NCBI GenBank assembly: GCA_965218585.1
Contig: CBDCLE010000010.1
Coordinates: forward strand, 1-64,000
DNA from: Terriglobia bacterium
GTDB taxonomy: Bacteria; Acidobacteriota; Terriglobia; 20CM-2-55-15
DNA length: 64,000 nt
Direction: 5' to 3'
The notes under the pieces are model-generated. The model saw only the letters and a list, made by a program, of their open reading frames with translations. It was not told where the DNA came from and searched no databases. This document shows, in pieces, positions 30,300 through 44,231 of this stretch; positions within the stretch are counted from its first letter, which is position 1, and the number at the start of each line of letters is the position of its first letter. The position numbers and the translations under genes were made by a program.

Positions 30300-31169
30300 A
30301 TGCCCATCCAGAAGAAACTGCCATGGGGCAGGGAAGTGCCCTCTCCTCGCCTTCTGGCGCTCGATCTGGACGGAACACTCCTCAATTCAGACTGGAAGCT
30401 CTCGGAACGGAATCTCGGGGCTCTCGTCGACGCACATGAGGTGGGCATCCATATCGTTATCGTCACCGGACGGCGCTATTCGGCCGCACTCGAGCTGACC
30501 GAAGGGATTACATGTCCCCACTATCTGGTAACAAACGCCGGCGCCTGGATCGCCTCGAGCCAGGAAGGAGTCCTGGAGTCGAGAACCTGGAAGCCCACTC
30601 TTCTCGAGGAGTTCCTCGAACATCTCGGCCCCTTCAAGAGCCACACCTTCCTGATAACGGAAGCCACTGGCAGGGGAGAGATTATCTGCAGCGAACCGAA
30701 CATGGACGATCCCAATGTCGCCAGATACGTCTCGCGAAACGAAGCTTTCTTGATGAATGTTGCTGATTTCGGGTCAGACCGAATCCCGCCGGTCTTACAA
30801 GTCGCCTGCAGCGGAACGATTGATCGGATGGAACTCGTTCGGAAGCGAGTGGATTCATTCCGCAGCGTCGGTCAACTACATGTATCCCGGACGGTCTACC
30901 AGGACCGGGATTTCGAACTCGTCGATATCGTGTCTGAGGGTGCGGACAAGGGAAGCGGCCTGTCTACCCTGGCAAAACGCCTCGAAATCGGTGCCGACCG
31001 GATCGTAGCCCTCGGGGACAACTATGCCGACTCCTCCATGCTCGAGTTCGCCGGATATCCGATCGTGATGGGGAACGCACCTGCCGAAATGCGGGCACAA
31101 TGGCCCGTTACGGGGACAAATGACGAAAATGGTGTCGCTCAAGTCATCGAAGGCCTGATCTCGAACTAG
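30300..31169 (+). CDS. Cof-type HAD hydrolase
   Basis: ALDLDGTLL, VTGR, DKG, LGDNYAD..ML, MGNA, N.ENGV. Confidence 0.92.
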   Translation: MPIQKKLPWGREVPSPRLLALDLDGTLLNSDWKLSERNLGALVDAHEVGIHIVIVTGRRYSAALELTEGITCPHYLVTNAGAWIASSQEGVLESRTWKPTLLEEFLEHLGPFKSHTFLITEATGRGEIICSEPNMDDPNVARYVSRNEAFLMNVADFGSDRIPPVLQVACSGTIDRMELVRKRVDSFRSVGQLHVSRTVYQDRDFELVDIVSEGADKGSGLSTLAKRLEIGADRIVALGDNYADSSMLEFAGYPIVMGNAPAEMRAQWPVTGTNDENGVAQVIEGLISN

Positions 31170-31478
31170 TCCCGACACAACATTTTTATTTGCAGTCACT
31201 TAAGGATAACTCTCTAACCACCGACCTGAAGTATTTACGTTGGTCCTAAGCCGGTCTCGTAGGCCAATTTCAGAAAAATAGTTGACAAAAGTTTGTACAC
31301 GACTCGAAGGTAGATTCATTGGCAATCAGTAACTTGCGTGGCCTCATGGACCGAGCGTCGCGTGTGCGGACCAGATCGCCCTAAGTCTTTTAATGACTTG
31401 TACTTTAGGCGTATTTTTCAGGCTTCTGGGCGGTCTGCTGGTGTGAAGGAACCGTGATTATGCACTTGACGAACTAAA

Positions 31479-33981
<2,503 letters not shown>

Positions 33982-33982
33982 C

Positions 33983-36172
33983 GTTAAGTCAGTTCGGCAA
34001 AATACACCGATTCAGGCACCCGAACTCGTGTGGCCGTTTGGCGGCCGTGGTGTAGAACCGGCCGCCGGTCCAGACCCACTCGCGAACATCAACTCCAATG
34101 GATCGACACCTATCACGGACGTTGCTACTTACGCTGTAGACAACGCGGGCTCCTACGTCATCAACCACGACAAGGATAATGTCCAGCTGATGCATGCCCT
34201 AGGTCATACAGGTGACGGTGTGATCGTGGCCGTTGTCGACTCGGGCCTCCGTCCAGGATTCGGCCATTTTGACACTACCCTGGGCGGCCCCACAGTAGTC
34301 GGTTGTGAAGATTTCGTTGGGGATGGTAACGGCTGTATCGATCGCAACAATGATGGACACGGCACGTTTGTCGCCGGCGTCATAGCAGCTGCGACGGAGT
34401 TTCATTTTTCTCCCAACAATCTGTTCCTGCAGTCTGTGTTGCAGCATGCACCAGGGGCAGCCTTGGATCGCAGACCGAACCCTGCTTTTGACACTGTAGC
34501 GATGATCGGGAGTGCTCCTGACGCCCAGATCTATGCCTTCCGCGTTTTTGGAAGCACCTCCGGGCCGTCAGACACAGCAACCATCCTTCTTGCGGTCAAC
34601 CGGATCATAACTCTTAAAAACACTACACATCCCGCTATAGGCGTCGCGAACTTCAGCCTTGGTCGCCGGACGATTTACGCAGGATTGGACTCCTTTGACA
34701 CGATCTTCGATACTCTCCTGGCAAACGGAATTGTGCTTGTCGTTTCTACGGGTAATGCTGGGCCGGCACTTTTGACGACGGCTAGCCCCGCGAGTGCTTT
34801 CAGTGCGGTCGCAGTCGGCGCAGGAAGTCTCGTCCACCAGGACCGGATCACTGCGGACGTCGGTTTCTTCGGGGCAGCCGGGCCTGGGGACACCTTGCGC
34901 CCATTCACTCCGGGACAAACAGCGTGGTTCAGTTCGCGTGGCCCAAATGCAGACAGCCGGCGGGGACCGGGTGTCATGGCTGATGGTTTCGGCGTGTTTG
35001 GTGCCGGACTCGCCAACAACAGCGGTCGAGTCAGCCTGGGTATCGGTAGCAGCTTTGCCGCACCGAACGTCGCAGGAATTGCTGCCCTGCTATGGAATGC
35101 CGCACCCCCGTTAACGACAGCAACACAGATTCGGAATGCTATCGTTGGGACTGGCAATGAACTGATTATCCTCGGCGGTGAAACGGTCAATGATCAGGGA
35201 AATGGGTGGGTCGACGCGTCACAGGCACTGATTGATCTGCCCGGAGTATCTGGTACGCTGCCGACGCTTACAGCGCCTTTTCCTTTTCCGGATGTAGTGG
35301 ACAATGTCGGTCAGGCAACAGTATCAGCTTTAGACCCCCCGACACATCTCAAGAATCTCGAGCCTGGGGATCGTCAGGACGTGATCTATGAAGTCTTTCC
35401 GGGAGATACGGGAATAACAGTCGTGCTATCCGATATAGAAGAGGCCATGTGTAGCTCAAATCCTGCCCCATTCTTCGGCAACGAGTTGCAGGTCGCGATT
35501 CATACAGTTAAGACTTCGACGGTCGGACCCGCAGGGCAGTACTACGACCTAAATCCTACCGAGGGCTTCGAACACGCGTTCATAGGGGAATCGGATGCCG
35601 ACGGCACGAACGTTTCCGGAGTACTCCCCGAGGCGTGTGATTTTTTGACCGGGATCTGTTCTTTTCCGTTGGTAACACTGGAGCCGGGGCTCCTCAGGGT
35701 CAGCATCAATGGTGCCACGACGAATGCGTGCGAGATGTCGGTTAAAGTCGACTTCGACATGCCCACGACGGAGGGAACGCCGCTCGCTTATAGTTCTGGC
35801 TCCGTCCTTGATGGGGCCACCGTTTCTGCTGGCTCAATTCTGGTCGAGCCTGGTGACGGCGACATCGAGTTCCAACTCTCCTGGGACAACGACTGGACGA
35901 AGTATAAGGGCAGCGACCTTGAACTTCTCGTCGTTATGCCAGGTTTTCCTGCGTTGCCTCTGGGCCAGACGCTCGATGCACCCGAAAGGTTTGTCATCAA
36001 CTCAGAAGTTCTGACAGCGCTCCTAGGGTCCAAGAAGCCGGTGCCACTTCCCACCGGAACCTGGACCATGTCGGTTAAGGGATTCGAGGTCAACGAAGCG
36101 GACCCGCTATACCCCGTGGGGGAAAGCTGGAAACTGCGAGTGTGGATCGACAACTTCGCTCAGCTACCTTAA
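33983..36172 (+). pseudogene. Subtilisin-like S8 serine peptidase, 5'-truncated by IS21
   Basis: VAVVDSG (Asp), DGHGTFVAG (His), GNAG, FSSRGP, GSSFAAPNVAG (Ser); first 35 aa of the track ORF lie inside the IS. Confidence 0.85.
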
Positions 36173-36189
36173 ATCCGATTATCGAAAGA

Positions 36190-36222
36190 AAGGGCGGTCT
36201 CCGGACCGCCCTTTTTCTTTTC
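36190..36222 (+). terminator. Intrinsic terminator between convergent S8 and DUF72 genes
   Basis: AAGGGCGGTC-TCCG-GACCGCCCTT followed by TTTCTTTT; A-tract upstream, so probably bidirectional. Confidence 0.85.
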
Positions 36223-36233
36223 TTATCTCAACG

Positions 36234-36935
36234 CTACAACCCTCCCGCAAACTCCATCGCAATCTGCGGCGCATCCGGATTGTCTTCGTGCTTGATGAAC
36301 GCGAAAACCTCGATGCCGTCCTCAGTCCAGCCTTGGATCCTATCCTGCCACTGGGCCCTCTCCTTCGCAGTGTAGCTCGACTTTCTCAGCCGCACGTACG
36401 TCTTCTCCGAAGTTAACCGAATTGGCGTCGTGTGGTCGTCTGCGTCGTGAATACAGAGTGTCGCACCATACTTTTCGAGCAAGCCATAAACTTCATTCGC
36501 AAACCACGACTCATTGCGAAATTCGAACGCTGCGGGAATATCCTTCGGCAGCCCAGCCAGAAAAAGCTCCAGACGTTCGAGATCCAGTTTGAAGTTGGGA
36601 GGCAGCTGATAGAGGACGATCCCCAGACGGTCTTCGAGGCGGGGAAGTGTGTCCAGCAGGTAATCCAGGGCTTCTGACGGCACACGGAGACGTTCCCAGT
36701 GGGTAATCTTCCGGGAGGCCTTGAGGGCGAACCGGAACCCGGGAGGCGTCAGGGCCTTCCAGTTGTCCAACGTCTTGGCCGTTGGCATCCTGTAGAACGT
36801 ATAGTCGATCTCGACCGCACGGAACCGTGAGGCGTAGTACTCGAGAAACAGCCGCTGGGGGACCTCCTTCGGATAGAAGGACGGTTTCCACTCCTTATAG
36901 GCAAAACCCGACGTACCCATCCACACATCTGCCAT
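36234..36935 (-). CDS. DUF72 family protein
   Basis: GTSGF.Y..W...FYP, VEIDYTFY, YQLPP, EFR..SW, YVRL. Confidence 0.92.
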   Translation of the reverse strand: MADVWMGTSGFAYKEWKPSFYPKEVPQRLFLEYYASRFRAVEIDYTFYRMPTAKTLDNWKALTPPGFRFALKASRKITHWERLRVPSEALDYLLDTLPRLEDRLGIVLYQLPPNFKLDLERLELFLAGLPKDIPAAFEFRNESWFANEVYGLLEKYGATLCIHDADDHTTPIRLTSEKTYVRLRKSSYTAKERAQWQDRIQGWTEDGIEVFAFIKHEDNPDAPQIAMEFAGGL

Positions 36936-37557
36936 AGAAACCTCCCTCAAATCGGCATCTGATGTCCCTCATCATATAACAGAGAATATCTTGTTCTTAA
37001 TACGGGCCTTATAGCGATATCCACCCTCTCCAGCCCTGACTGGCCGCCCAGATCCGCTCCGGTAAGACGGATTCTGAGAACCCTTACCGAACAAGCCTTT
37101 CCAGCCGAAAAGGCTCCGGTACCCTCGTCCCTTACACCTGCGGCTACTCCAGAAGCGTCTGGGGTGCCACAGACGGGCATTCGAGGCCACACGACTACTG
37201 AAAGGCCCGTCTGACAGTATCAACAAAAGTGTTACGCCGATGAAAACCCGATGCCTATTGATCCAAAAGGGACCCCACTTTTCAACAGGAAGCAAAAACG
37301 CCCAAATTCAGTGCAAAACGCTAGAAACGATCGCTTTAGAGGCCTACAGAGCGGCTCTGAGAGAGTTTTACACAGGTTTATTCACAGGACTTGTGGAACG
37401 AGGAAATGTCCCGCCATTTTTGCGGATCTGGGTAGGGAATTGCGACCCCGTGGAGCGAAGAGGACCGAAGAGCCCTGATGCTCGTCCCTAGACGACTTGA
37501 CATAATACTCATTATGCGACATTCGATCCCCGATTAACCACCCTTGAACCCAAACCA

Positions 37558-38589
37558 TTGAAGAGCCATAATTTCCATGTGCTCGTGGAAGATACACTCC
37601 AACGCCCGCTACGCGATCTGAGGATCTCGGTTACCGATCGCTGCAACTACCGCTGCAACTACTGTATGCCCTTCGACGAGTATGTCTGGACTGAACGATC
37701 GGAATTGCTCTCCTTCGAGGAGATTACCCGCCTGACAGCGATTTTCAACTCCCACGGGGTTAACCAGATTCGCCTGACGGGCGGTGAGCCGCTTGTCCGA
37801 CAGAATCTTCCCGATCTCGTGGAGCGCCTGCGTGGACTGGAGGGAGTCAAAGACATCTCCCTGACAACCAATGGCTCACTTCTCTCCGCGCATGCGGCCG
37901 ACCTGCATCGGGCCGGCCTCAATAGAATCAATGTGAGCCTTGACACCCTACAGGCAGATCGTTTCCGAGAAATGACTCGTCGGGGAGACCTCAACGAAGT
38001 TCTGAATGGAATCCGGACCGCTCGTCAGGTTGGCTTCGGGCGGATCAAGATCAACGCTGTCGTGATCAAAGGCGTCAACGATGATGAGATTCTCGATCTC
38101 GTCGACTACTCCAGGTCGGAAGGACTGGAAGTACGGTTCATTGAATATATGGATGTGGGTAACGCGAACGACTGGAGCCTCAAACGCACTGTTTCCAAGA
38201 AAGAGATTCTGGAAATCGTCGCGTCCCGCTATCCGTTAAAGGATATTGGCCGCCGCGAAGGCCGTGCACCTTCTTCTGACTATGCATTTGTAGACAGCAA
38301 AGGATCTGTTGGCGTTATCGGGTCTGTAACGGAGCCGTTCTGCTCAAGTTGCACTCGAGGACGCCTGACCGCGGACGGCCGACTCGTGACATGTCTTTTC
38401 TCAGAAACAGGGTTTGATCTGAAATCTTTACTTCGTGGCGGAGAAACCGACGACGTCATTGCTGGTGCGATTGGTTCCGCCTGGGGTCAACGCTCAGATA
38501 AATATTCCGATGAAAGATGGGATGCAATCAGAGCGGGGCGCAGCATTCAAAGCCGAAAAAAAATCGAAATGATCACGCTTGGCGGCTAA
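37558..38589 (+). CDS. moaA: GTP 3',8-cyclase (Moco biosynthesis, radical SAM)
   Basis: LRISVTDRCNYRCNYC, TGGEP, FCSSCTRGRLTADG, C-terminal LGG. Confidence 0.97.
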   Translation: MKSHNFHVLVEDTLQRPLRDLRISVTDRCNYRCNYCMPFDEYVWTERSELLSFEEITRLTAIFNSHGVNQIRLTGGEPLVRQNLPDLVERLRGLEGVKDISLTTNGSLLSAHAADLHRAGLNRINVSLDTLQADRFREMTRRGDLNEVLNGIRTARQVGFGRIKINAVVIKGVNDDEILDLVDYSRSEGLEVRFIEYMDVGNANDWSLKRTVSKKEILEIVASRYPLKDIGRREGRAPSSDYAFVDSKGSVGVIGSVTEPFCSSCTRGRLTADGRLVTCLFSETGFDLKSLLRGGETDDVIAGAIGSAWGQRSDKYSDERWDAIRAGRSIQSRKKIEMITLGG

Positions 38590-38647
38590 CGCGTCACCCC
38601 TTCCCCTTGCGCCATTCTAAAAGTCGCATTTCGCTTGAAACTAAGAA

Positions 38648-38679
38648 GGGGGATTGCGGCCCGAAGCCCGCAATCCCCC
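38648..38679 (-). terminator. Intrinsic terminator (minus strand)
   Basis: GGGGGATTGCGG..CTTCGG..CCGCAATCCCCC 12-bp stem followed by TTCTT on the minus strand. Confidence 0.75.
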
Positions 38680-38702
38680 GCTGCTTTCAAGTAAACCTCT
38701 AA

Positions 38703-38848
38703 GTGTGAGGCGTGGCGCTGGTATGGGTGCTTTCTGTTGTCGTGTCGCGAGGCGATTACCCAGCGCTGGAGTCAGGACTTACATCCTGAAGTAATCGCCA
38801 ACTCTACAGTGAACGCGTGCTTGAACGATAAGCGAACGCCCGTCACAC
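38703..38848 (-). ncRNA. Candidate structured RNA (long irregular hairpin, possibly 6S-like)
   Basis: Nested pairings GTGTGA/TCACAC, GGCGT/ACGCC, CGCT/AGCG, CTGT/ACAG, GGCGATTAC/GTAATCGCC plus two apical hairpins. Confidence 0.4.
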
Positions 38849-38941
38849 CGCCGGAACGCCCCGTACTGCAAGAGATGCCGTCAATGTACCGTTGACGATC
38901 TTCTTTAAGGCGAATCGAACTCGGTCACTTTCGAAAAAACG

Positions 38942-39154
38942 TTACCGTCTCTTCTTCGCTTTCTTCTTGGCTTTCTTTTTGGCCTTTTTCTTAGCAACCT
39001 TCTTCTTAGCTTTCTTCTTGGCTGCTTTCTTCTGGGTGGCTTTCTTCTTCGCCTTCTTCTTTGCCACCTTCTTCTTGGCTTTCTTCTTCGTCACTTTCTT
39101 CTTAGCGGCTTTCTTCTTCGCCTTCTTTTTAGGCGCTTTCTTTTTTGCTGCCAT
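38942..39154 (-). CDS. Histone H1-like Lys/Ala-rich protein (70 aa)
   Basis: AAGGAG RBS; 43 of 70 residues Lys in (A/V)KKK repeats with varied synonymous codons. Confidence 0.85.
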   Translation of the reverse strand: MAAKKKAPKKKAKKKAAKKKVTKKKAKKKVAKKKAKKKATQKKAAKKKAKKKVAKKKAKKKAKKKAKKRR

Positions 39155-39351
39155 ATTGAAGCTCTCCTTTTTCTTTTCTCTATTGTTGTTTTTATTCTTC
39201 TTCGTACTTTGCTGCGACGCTAAACAACGCGACGCACCTTGGTACTTTCCTACAATCGCGTTATGTTTTCCAGTAAAGAATAGAAGCTACACCTAACGCG
39301 ACATCATATTCTTTTCTTGTTCATTCCCAGATCAGGTCCCTGATTTTTCGA

Positions 39352-39852
39352 TTGTTGATTATGAAACGATCGTCACGTAGGGTTCTTTACGTGCGCTACT
39401 TACTTTTATTGACGACTCTTTTGTTTGTATCGACGGGTTGTTCACGTCTCGATGTATTGACTGAAGAAACTCTCCTCGATGCAGAAGCGCGTTGGAGAAC
39501 AAACACTCCGGGCCTGTATCGTGTCGTCGTTGAAATGAGTGGGGAGCGCGTTGAAACGGGAATCTTCGATGCTTTAGTGAGAGACGGACAGGTTGTAAGC
39601 TTGAAGAGAAATGACCAGGTGATCCTGCCCGATGGGGCACAGGATTATTCAATTGGAGGCCTGTTCCGCTTGCTTGGACAGGAATTAGCCTTAGCCGAAC
39701 AACCTTCCCTGCTCGGCGCACCGGCAGGATATGCGGCACACTTGCTGGCACGTTTTGACAGCGAAACGGGCCGACTGGAACGTTATCGACGAACTGTTAC
39801 AGGGGTAAACAACAACATTGAAATTACGATTCTGGAATTCGAACCGCAGTAA
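39352..39852 (+). CDS. Putative lipoprotein, unknown function
   Basis: Hydrophobic signal ending STGC; L.DA.ARW motif. Confidence 0.7.
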   Translation: MLIMKRSSRRVLYVRYLLLLTTLLFVSTGCSRLDVLTEETLLDAEARWRTNTPGLYRVVVEMSGERVETGIFDALVRDGQVVSLKRNDQVILPDGAQDYSIGGLFRLLGQELALAEQPSLLGAPAGYAAHLLARFDSETGRLERYRRTVTGVNNNIEITILEFEPQ

Positions 39853-39857
39853 GGAAC

Positions 39858-41405
39858 CTATTCTAGGCCGTAGCGCTTGACCTTGTTGATCAAGCCCTGA
39901 TGACTTAGACCAAGAAGCTTCGAGGCTTTGCGGCGATCACCTTCCGCTTCACTGAGGGTTTCCCGAATCATCTGAATCTCAAGTGTAGCCACACGGTCCT
40001 TAAGTAATTTTCTTGTGTCGGCAGAAACGGAGTCTCTTTCGGCAGGGAGCAGCGACGGATTATTTTCACGAATCGCTTCAGATAAATCATCGACCTGAAC
40101 GTGTTCTTCAGCAGAAAGAACCAGCGCCCGCCTGACTTCGTTCTCGAGTTCACGCACGTTGCCCGGCCACTCGTATGAAATGAGTGCTTTTATCGCTTCA
40201 GTCGAAAACCCTTTCGTCCGACTGCCAAGTTCCGGTCCGTATTTTTGCAGGAAGTGTGTTGCCAGCAAAGCAATGTCGCCGCGTATTTCACGCAGAGACG
40301 CCATCTTCAAGTGGACGATGTTCAGCCTGAAAAACAGGTCCTGCCGAAATCTTCCGGCTTCGATCTCTCCCGACAGTTCCTTGTTCGTTGCTGCAACCAA
40401 TCGAATATTGACAGGTACGGGTTTTCGACCTCCTACCCATTCGACTTCCCTTTCCTGAAGAACTCTCAGCAATTTTGCCTGGGCCGACATACTGAGATCA
40501 CCGATTTCATCTAGAAAGAGCGTCCCTCCCGAAGCAGATTCAATCCTTCCCACTCTGCGCTCAACGCCGGTGGCAACACCCTTTTCAATACCGAAGAGTT
40601 CCGCTTCGAGCAGAGATTCGGGTAGTGCCGCACAGTTGACGGCAACAAAAGGCTTGTCTCGTCTCGGTCCTCCATAATGAATCGCGCGTGCCGCGAGTTC
40701 TTTTCCGGTACCGTTCTCTCCAGTAATCAGAACCGAAATGCCGGTCGCTGACACTTTATCGATCAGACTCCGTATGTCATCGACTCTCTTTGTTGTCCCC
40801 AGAATGTTTCGAGATGAGAAACGTTCCGCCACTTCGTGCCGCAAAGACTGGTTCTCTTTGACCAACTCCTTTTGCTTCTCTTCCAGCTCCATCAATTGGC
40901 GAGCATTCCCCAACGCCACCGCCGCCTGAGAAGCCAGTGCTTCAACGAATTGGTCGTCTTCATTACTGAAACGACCATCCCGCTTGTTGAGAACCTGAAA
41001 CACTCTCACGACATCACCCTTGTAGTTCCGGATCGGAACACACAGGATGTTCCGCGTTCTGAAGCCTGTAAGAGAGTCGATAGCGGGATAGAAGAGCGGC
41101 GAATTATACGCATCTTCGACCGTCATGGTCTTGCCGGTCTTTATAACGGCGCCTGCGATGCCCAGTCGCGAATCAAATCGAATGACTTCTGACGTGCCCA
41201 GCGCAACCTTTGCCCAAAGCTCGCCCTTATCGTCATCGAGCAGAAAGATTGTTGCGCGCTCCGCGTCGACCAATTTAGCGGCCTCTGTAGCGATTATGTT
41301 GAGCAGTTCGTCAAAATTCTTTTCCGAGTTGATGCGCTAACAAACATCGAGGAGAGTGACGAAGCGGTCGATGACCATGTGGGGGGCGTGAAAGTCAGTT
41401 TTCAT
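39858..41405 (-). pseudogene. GAF-domain sigma54-dependent transcriptional activator with in-frame TAG at 41337-41339
   Basis: GENGTGKE, EAELFG.EKGVATG, LFLDEIG, WPGNVRELEN, Fis HTH; reading frame continues upstream through a single TAG to ATG 41378/41405. Confidence 0.8.
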
Positions 41406-41454
41406 GTCGTTGCAAAGGTAGACATCCCATCAAACAATGTCAATAATACGCCCC

Positions 41455-42168
41455 ATGACTGGGCATTTTCGAGGCTTTCCGGAAGAAGGACTGCGGTTCC
41501 TGAAAGGTCTAAAACGAAACAACAAGAGAGAGTGGTTCGAGAAGCGAAAGGACCTTTATGTTGCAAAGGTCAAGGATCCAATGGCATCCCTTATTGTCGC
41601 GATATCCGCCGACCTTGGAAAATTCGCTCCGGAGATGATCGGCACACCAAAGATCTCGGCGTACCGTATTTATCGGGATACACGATTTTCCCCGAATAAG
41701 GCACCGTACAAGACACACGCGGCAGCAGTCTTTCCCCGGCGCGGACTCGGGAAGCATGAAGGTGCAGGATTCTATGTCCATATTGCTCCGGATGAAGTCT
41801 TCGTGGGAGGAGGACTCTTCAGACCGGTTTCCGCCGATCTCCAGTCACTGCGCGAGCACATCGCGGTCAACCACAAATCGTTTCGTTCCACGATCGGCTC
41901 TCAGAAGTTCAGGAAATTTTTCGGTGAAATGTCGGGGGAACAACTGACACGAGTACCCCGCGGTTTCCCAAAAGACCATCCCGGGGCAGACCTCCTGCGC
42001 TACAAACAGTTTCTTGCGTTGCGGAGCTTCGACCCTCAGTTTGTCACCACACCTGGCTTCTATCCCGAAATCATCCGCACATTCAGAGCACTCCTCCCGA
42101 TGATTCGTTTCCTGAACGAGCCCATTGTCGGCCGGCATCAGCAATCTGACTTGAGCATCACGAAATGA
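41455..42168 (+). CDS. DUF2461 (TIGR02453) family protein
   Basis: NN.REWF, RIYRDTRFS.NK.PYKT, PRGF..DHP..DLLR.K. Confidence 0.92.
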   Translation: MTGHFRGFPEEGLRFLKGLKRNNKREWFEKRKDLYVAKVKDPMASLIVAISADLGKFAPEMIGTPKISAYRIYRDTRFSPNKAPYKTHAAAVFPRRGLGKHEGAGFYVHIAPDEVFVGGGLFRPVSADLQSLREHIAVNHKSFRSTIGSQKFRKFFGEMSGEQLTRVPRGFPKDHPGADLLRYKQFLALRSFDPQFVTTPGFYPEIIRTFRALLPMIRFLNEPIVGRHQQSDLSITK

Positions 42169-42258
42169 CACTGATAAAGTGAGCGGTCCGGAACCGATCT
42201 GATGGAAAAGAATGCTGGAACTTTAAACGTCCCTGCCGTCAACTGATCTAAGCGAGTA

Positions 42259-44221
42259 TTGAGGAACAACGGTTTGAAGCACACACCGCATATCAGGAAG
42301 CGACGTTGGACACGGGGAATATACGTTGTAGGAACCGGTGCCCTGCTCTGGCTCACAACATCGCTCTCCGGACAGTCGTTCGGCCTTCAAATACCGACGT
42401 CGGAGTTTGGCCTAAGTACATTTCTGCACTCGAGTGCGTTGACACCCTCGGCGGCCGAACAGCAAGCTGAACTTTCAGCAATAACAGAAAGCGTCGCTCA
42501 ATATATCAGTCCCGTCATCATACGCAGCGCTCCGGTATTACCCTCGCCGAGAAACAACTTCATCGATGAGCATATCTTCAGCCGCATCGAGAGCGCAGGC
42601 ATCGAACCGGCGCCGTTCAGTTCCGATACAGAATTTTTCAGACGCGTCAAAATGGATCTCACCGGACGCATCCCACAACCGAACCAGATCATTGATTTCG
42701 TCAACGATACCAATCCCGCCAAGCGGAATACGCTGATCGACGAACTCATTGGCTCTGCCGAATTCACCGACAAGTGGACAATGTTCTTCGGTGACTTGTT
42801 CAAGTTGAATGGGCCGGCCACAAACGTCAATCGGTTCACGCAGGGTCGGGACGCTTTCTATCTCTATCTCAAAGACTCGATCTCGCAGAACAAGCCTTAC
42901 GACCTTCTGGTCCAGGAGATGATCACCGCTACCGGCGACAACCACTCTTCGGGGGCGGTGAATTTCCCTGTCGGCGGCATCGTTCCCATGGGGCCACTCC
43001 AGGATACATATGATGGACAGGCGGTCCAGGTCGCGTCCATGTTTCTGGGAATCCAGGTTGTCGACTGTTTGCTCTGCCACGACGGTGTGGGCCATCTCGA
43101 AGAAGTCAACCTTTGGGGGTACCGCCAGACGCGCTCTAACATGTGGGGCCTGTCTTCCTTCTTCGCTCAAACACAGATGCGACGCGAAAGGCTCAGTACT
43201 CAACCGCGCCTGATTCGCTACAACGTTACAGACAATACGAATCCACGACTCGCCTACCGTCTCAACACGACCGACGGCAATCGTAGCATCCGGTCTGCAG
43301 TCGACGGGGTGAGCGTCGTTGTCCCCAAGTATCCGTTCACACTTTCCTCCACCGATACTGGAGAAGTAGCAGAAGGCGAAAACAGGCGTGAGGCCCTGGC
43401 CGACTTCATCACCGGAGATATCCAGTTTGCACGCGCGATCGTGAACTACATCTGGGAAGAGCTCATGGTGGAAGAGTTTGTAACTCCCTCCAACGCTTTC
43501 GACCTTGACCGACTGGACCCGAACAATCCGCCCCCGGAGCCATGGACGATTCAACCCACGAATCCGGAATTGCTTGAGGCCATGGCCGAGTGGCTCGGGC
43601 AGAACAATTTTGACCTGAGGCAATTGATCGCGCTGATTACAAAGTCCCGGACATACCAGTTGTCGGGGGCATACCCGACCGAATGGCTTCCCGAATACGC
43701 CGTATTACGCTCGGAAATTCGCCCGCAGACTCGACGCCGAAGAAATTCATGATGCAGTGATGATTGCCACCGGTGTCGGGGCCAACTATCCGATACGCGC
43801 CCGGACCGGAACCGTTCTGGGACCTTTTCAGTGGGCCATGCAGCTACCGGATACCCGAGAACCGCTGACAAACAGAAGGGTCCGGCTGTTTCTGGATTCC
43901 CTTGGACGGGGCGACAGGGATCAGACCACGCGATCCTCGGACAGTTCGGCGCTTCAGGCCCTCAATTTGATGAATCACAGTTTCGTCATGGACCGGATCG
44001 ACGCAGATATCCCAACCGGATCAATCGCAGAAATACTGTCTGCAACGCTGGATCCGGTTGAAATCATCAGGCAGCTGTACCTGCATACTCTCTCCAGGTT
44101 CCCGTCCGATGGTGAAATTACGTTGCTGCTTCCCATGATGGCGCAATTGGGCGCCGAAGCCGGCGCCGAATCGTTGCAGTGGGTACTGCTCAACAAGCTG
44201 GATTTTGTTTTTAATTATTGA
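42259..44221 (+). CDS. DUF1549/DUF1553 (planctomycete PSD1-type) protein, frameshift near 43700
   Basis: F.RR...DLTGRIP, NKPYD, FLG...CLLCHD, PTNPELL, then RRLDAEEIHDA and QAL.LMN in another frame. Confidence 0.85.
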
Positions 44222-44231
44222 CGGAACACAC

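Noticed and set aside
31320-31338. Possible sigma54 promoter TGGCAATCAGTAACTTGC
   Set aside because: GG to GC spacing is 13 nt, not the required 10
38892-39296. 134-aa Phe/Ala-rich plus-strand ORF
   Set aside because: Antisense shadow of the Lys-rich gene, which has the RBS and downstream terminator
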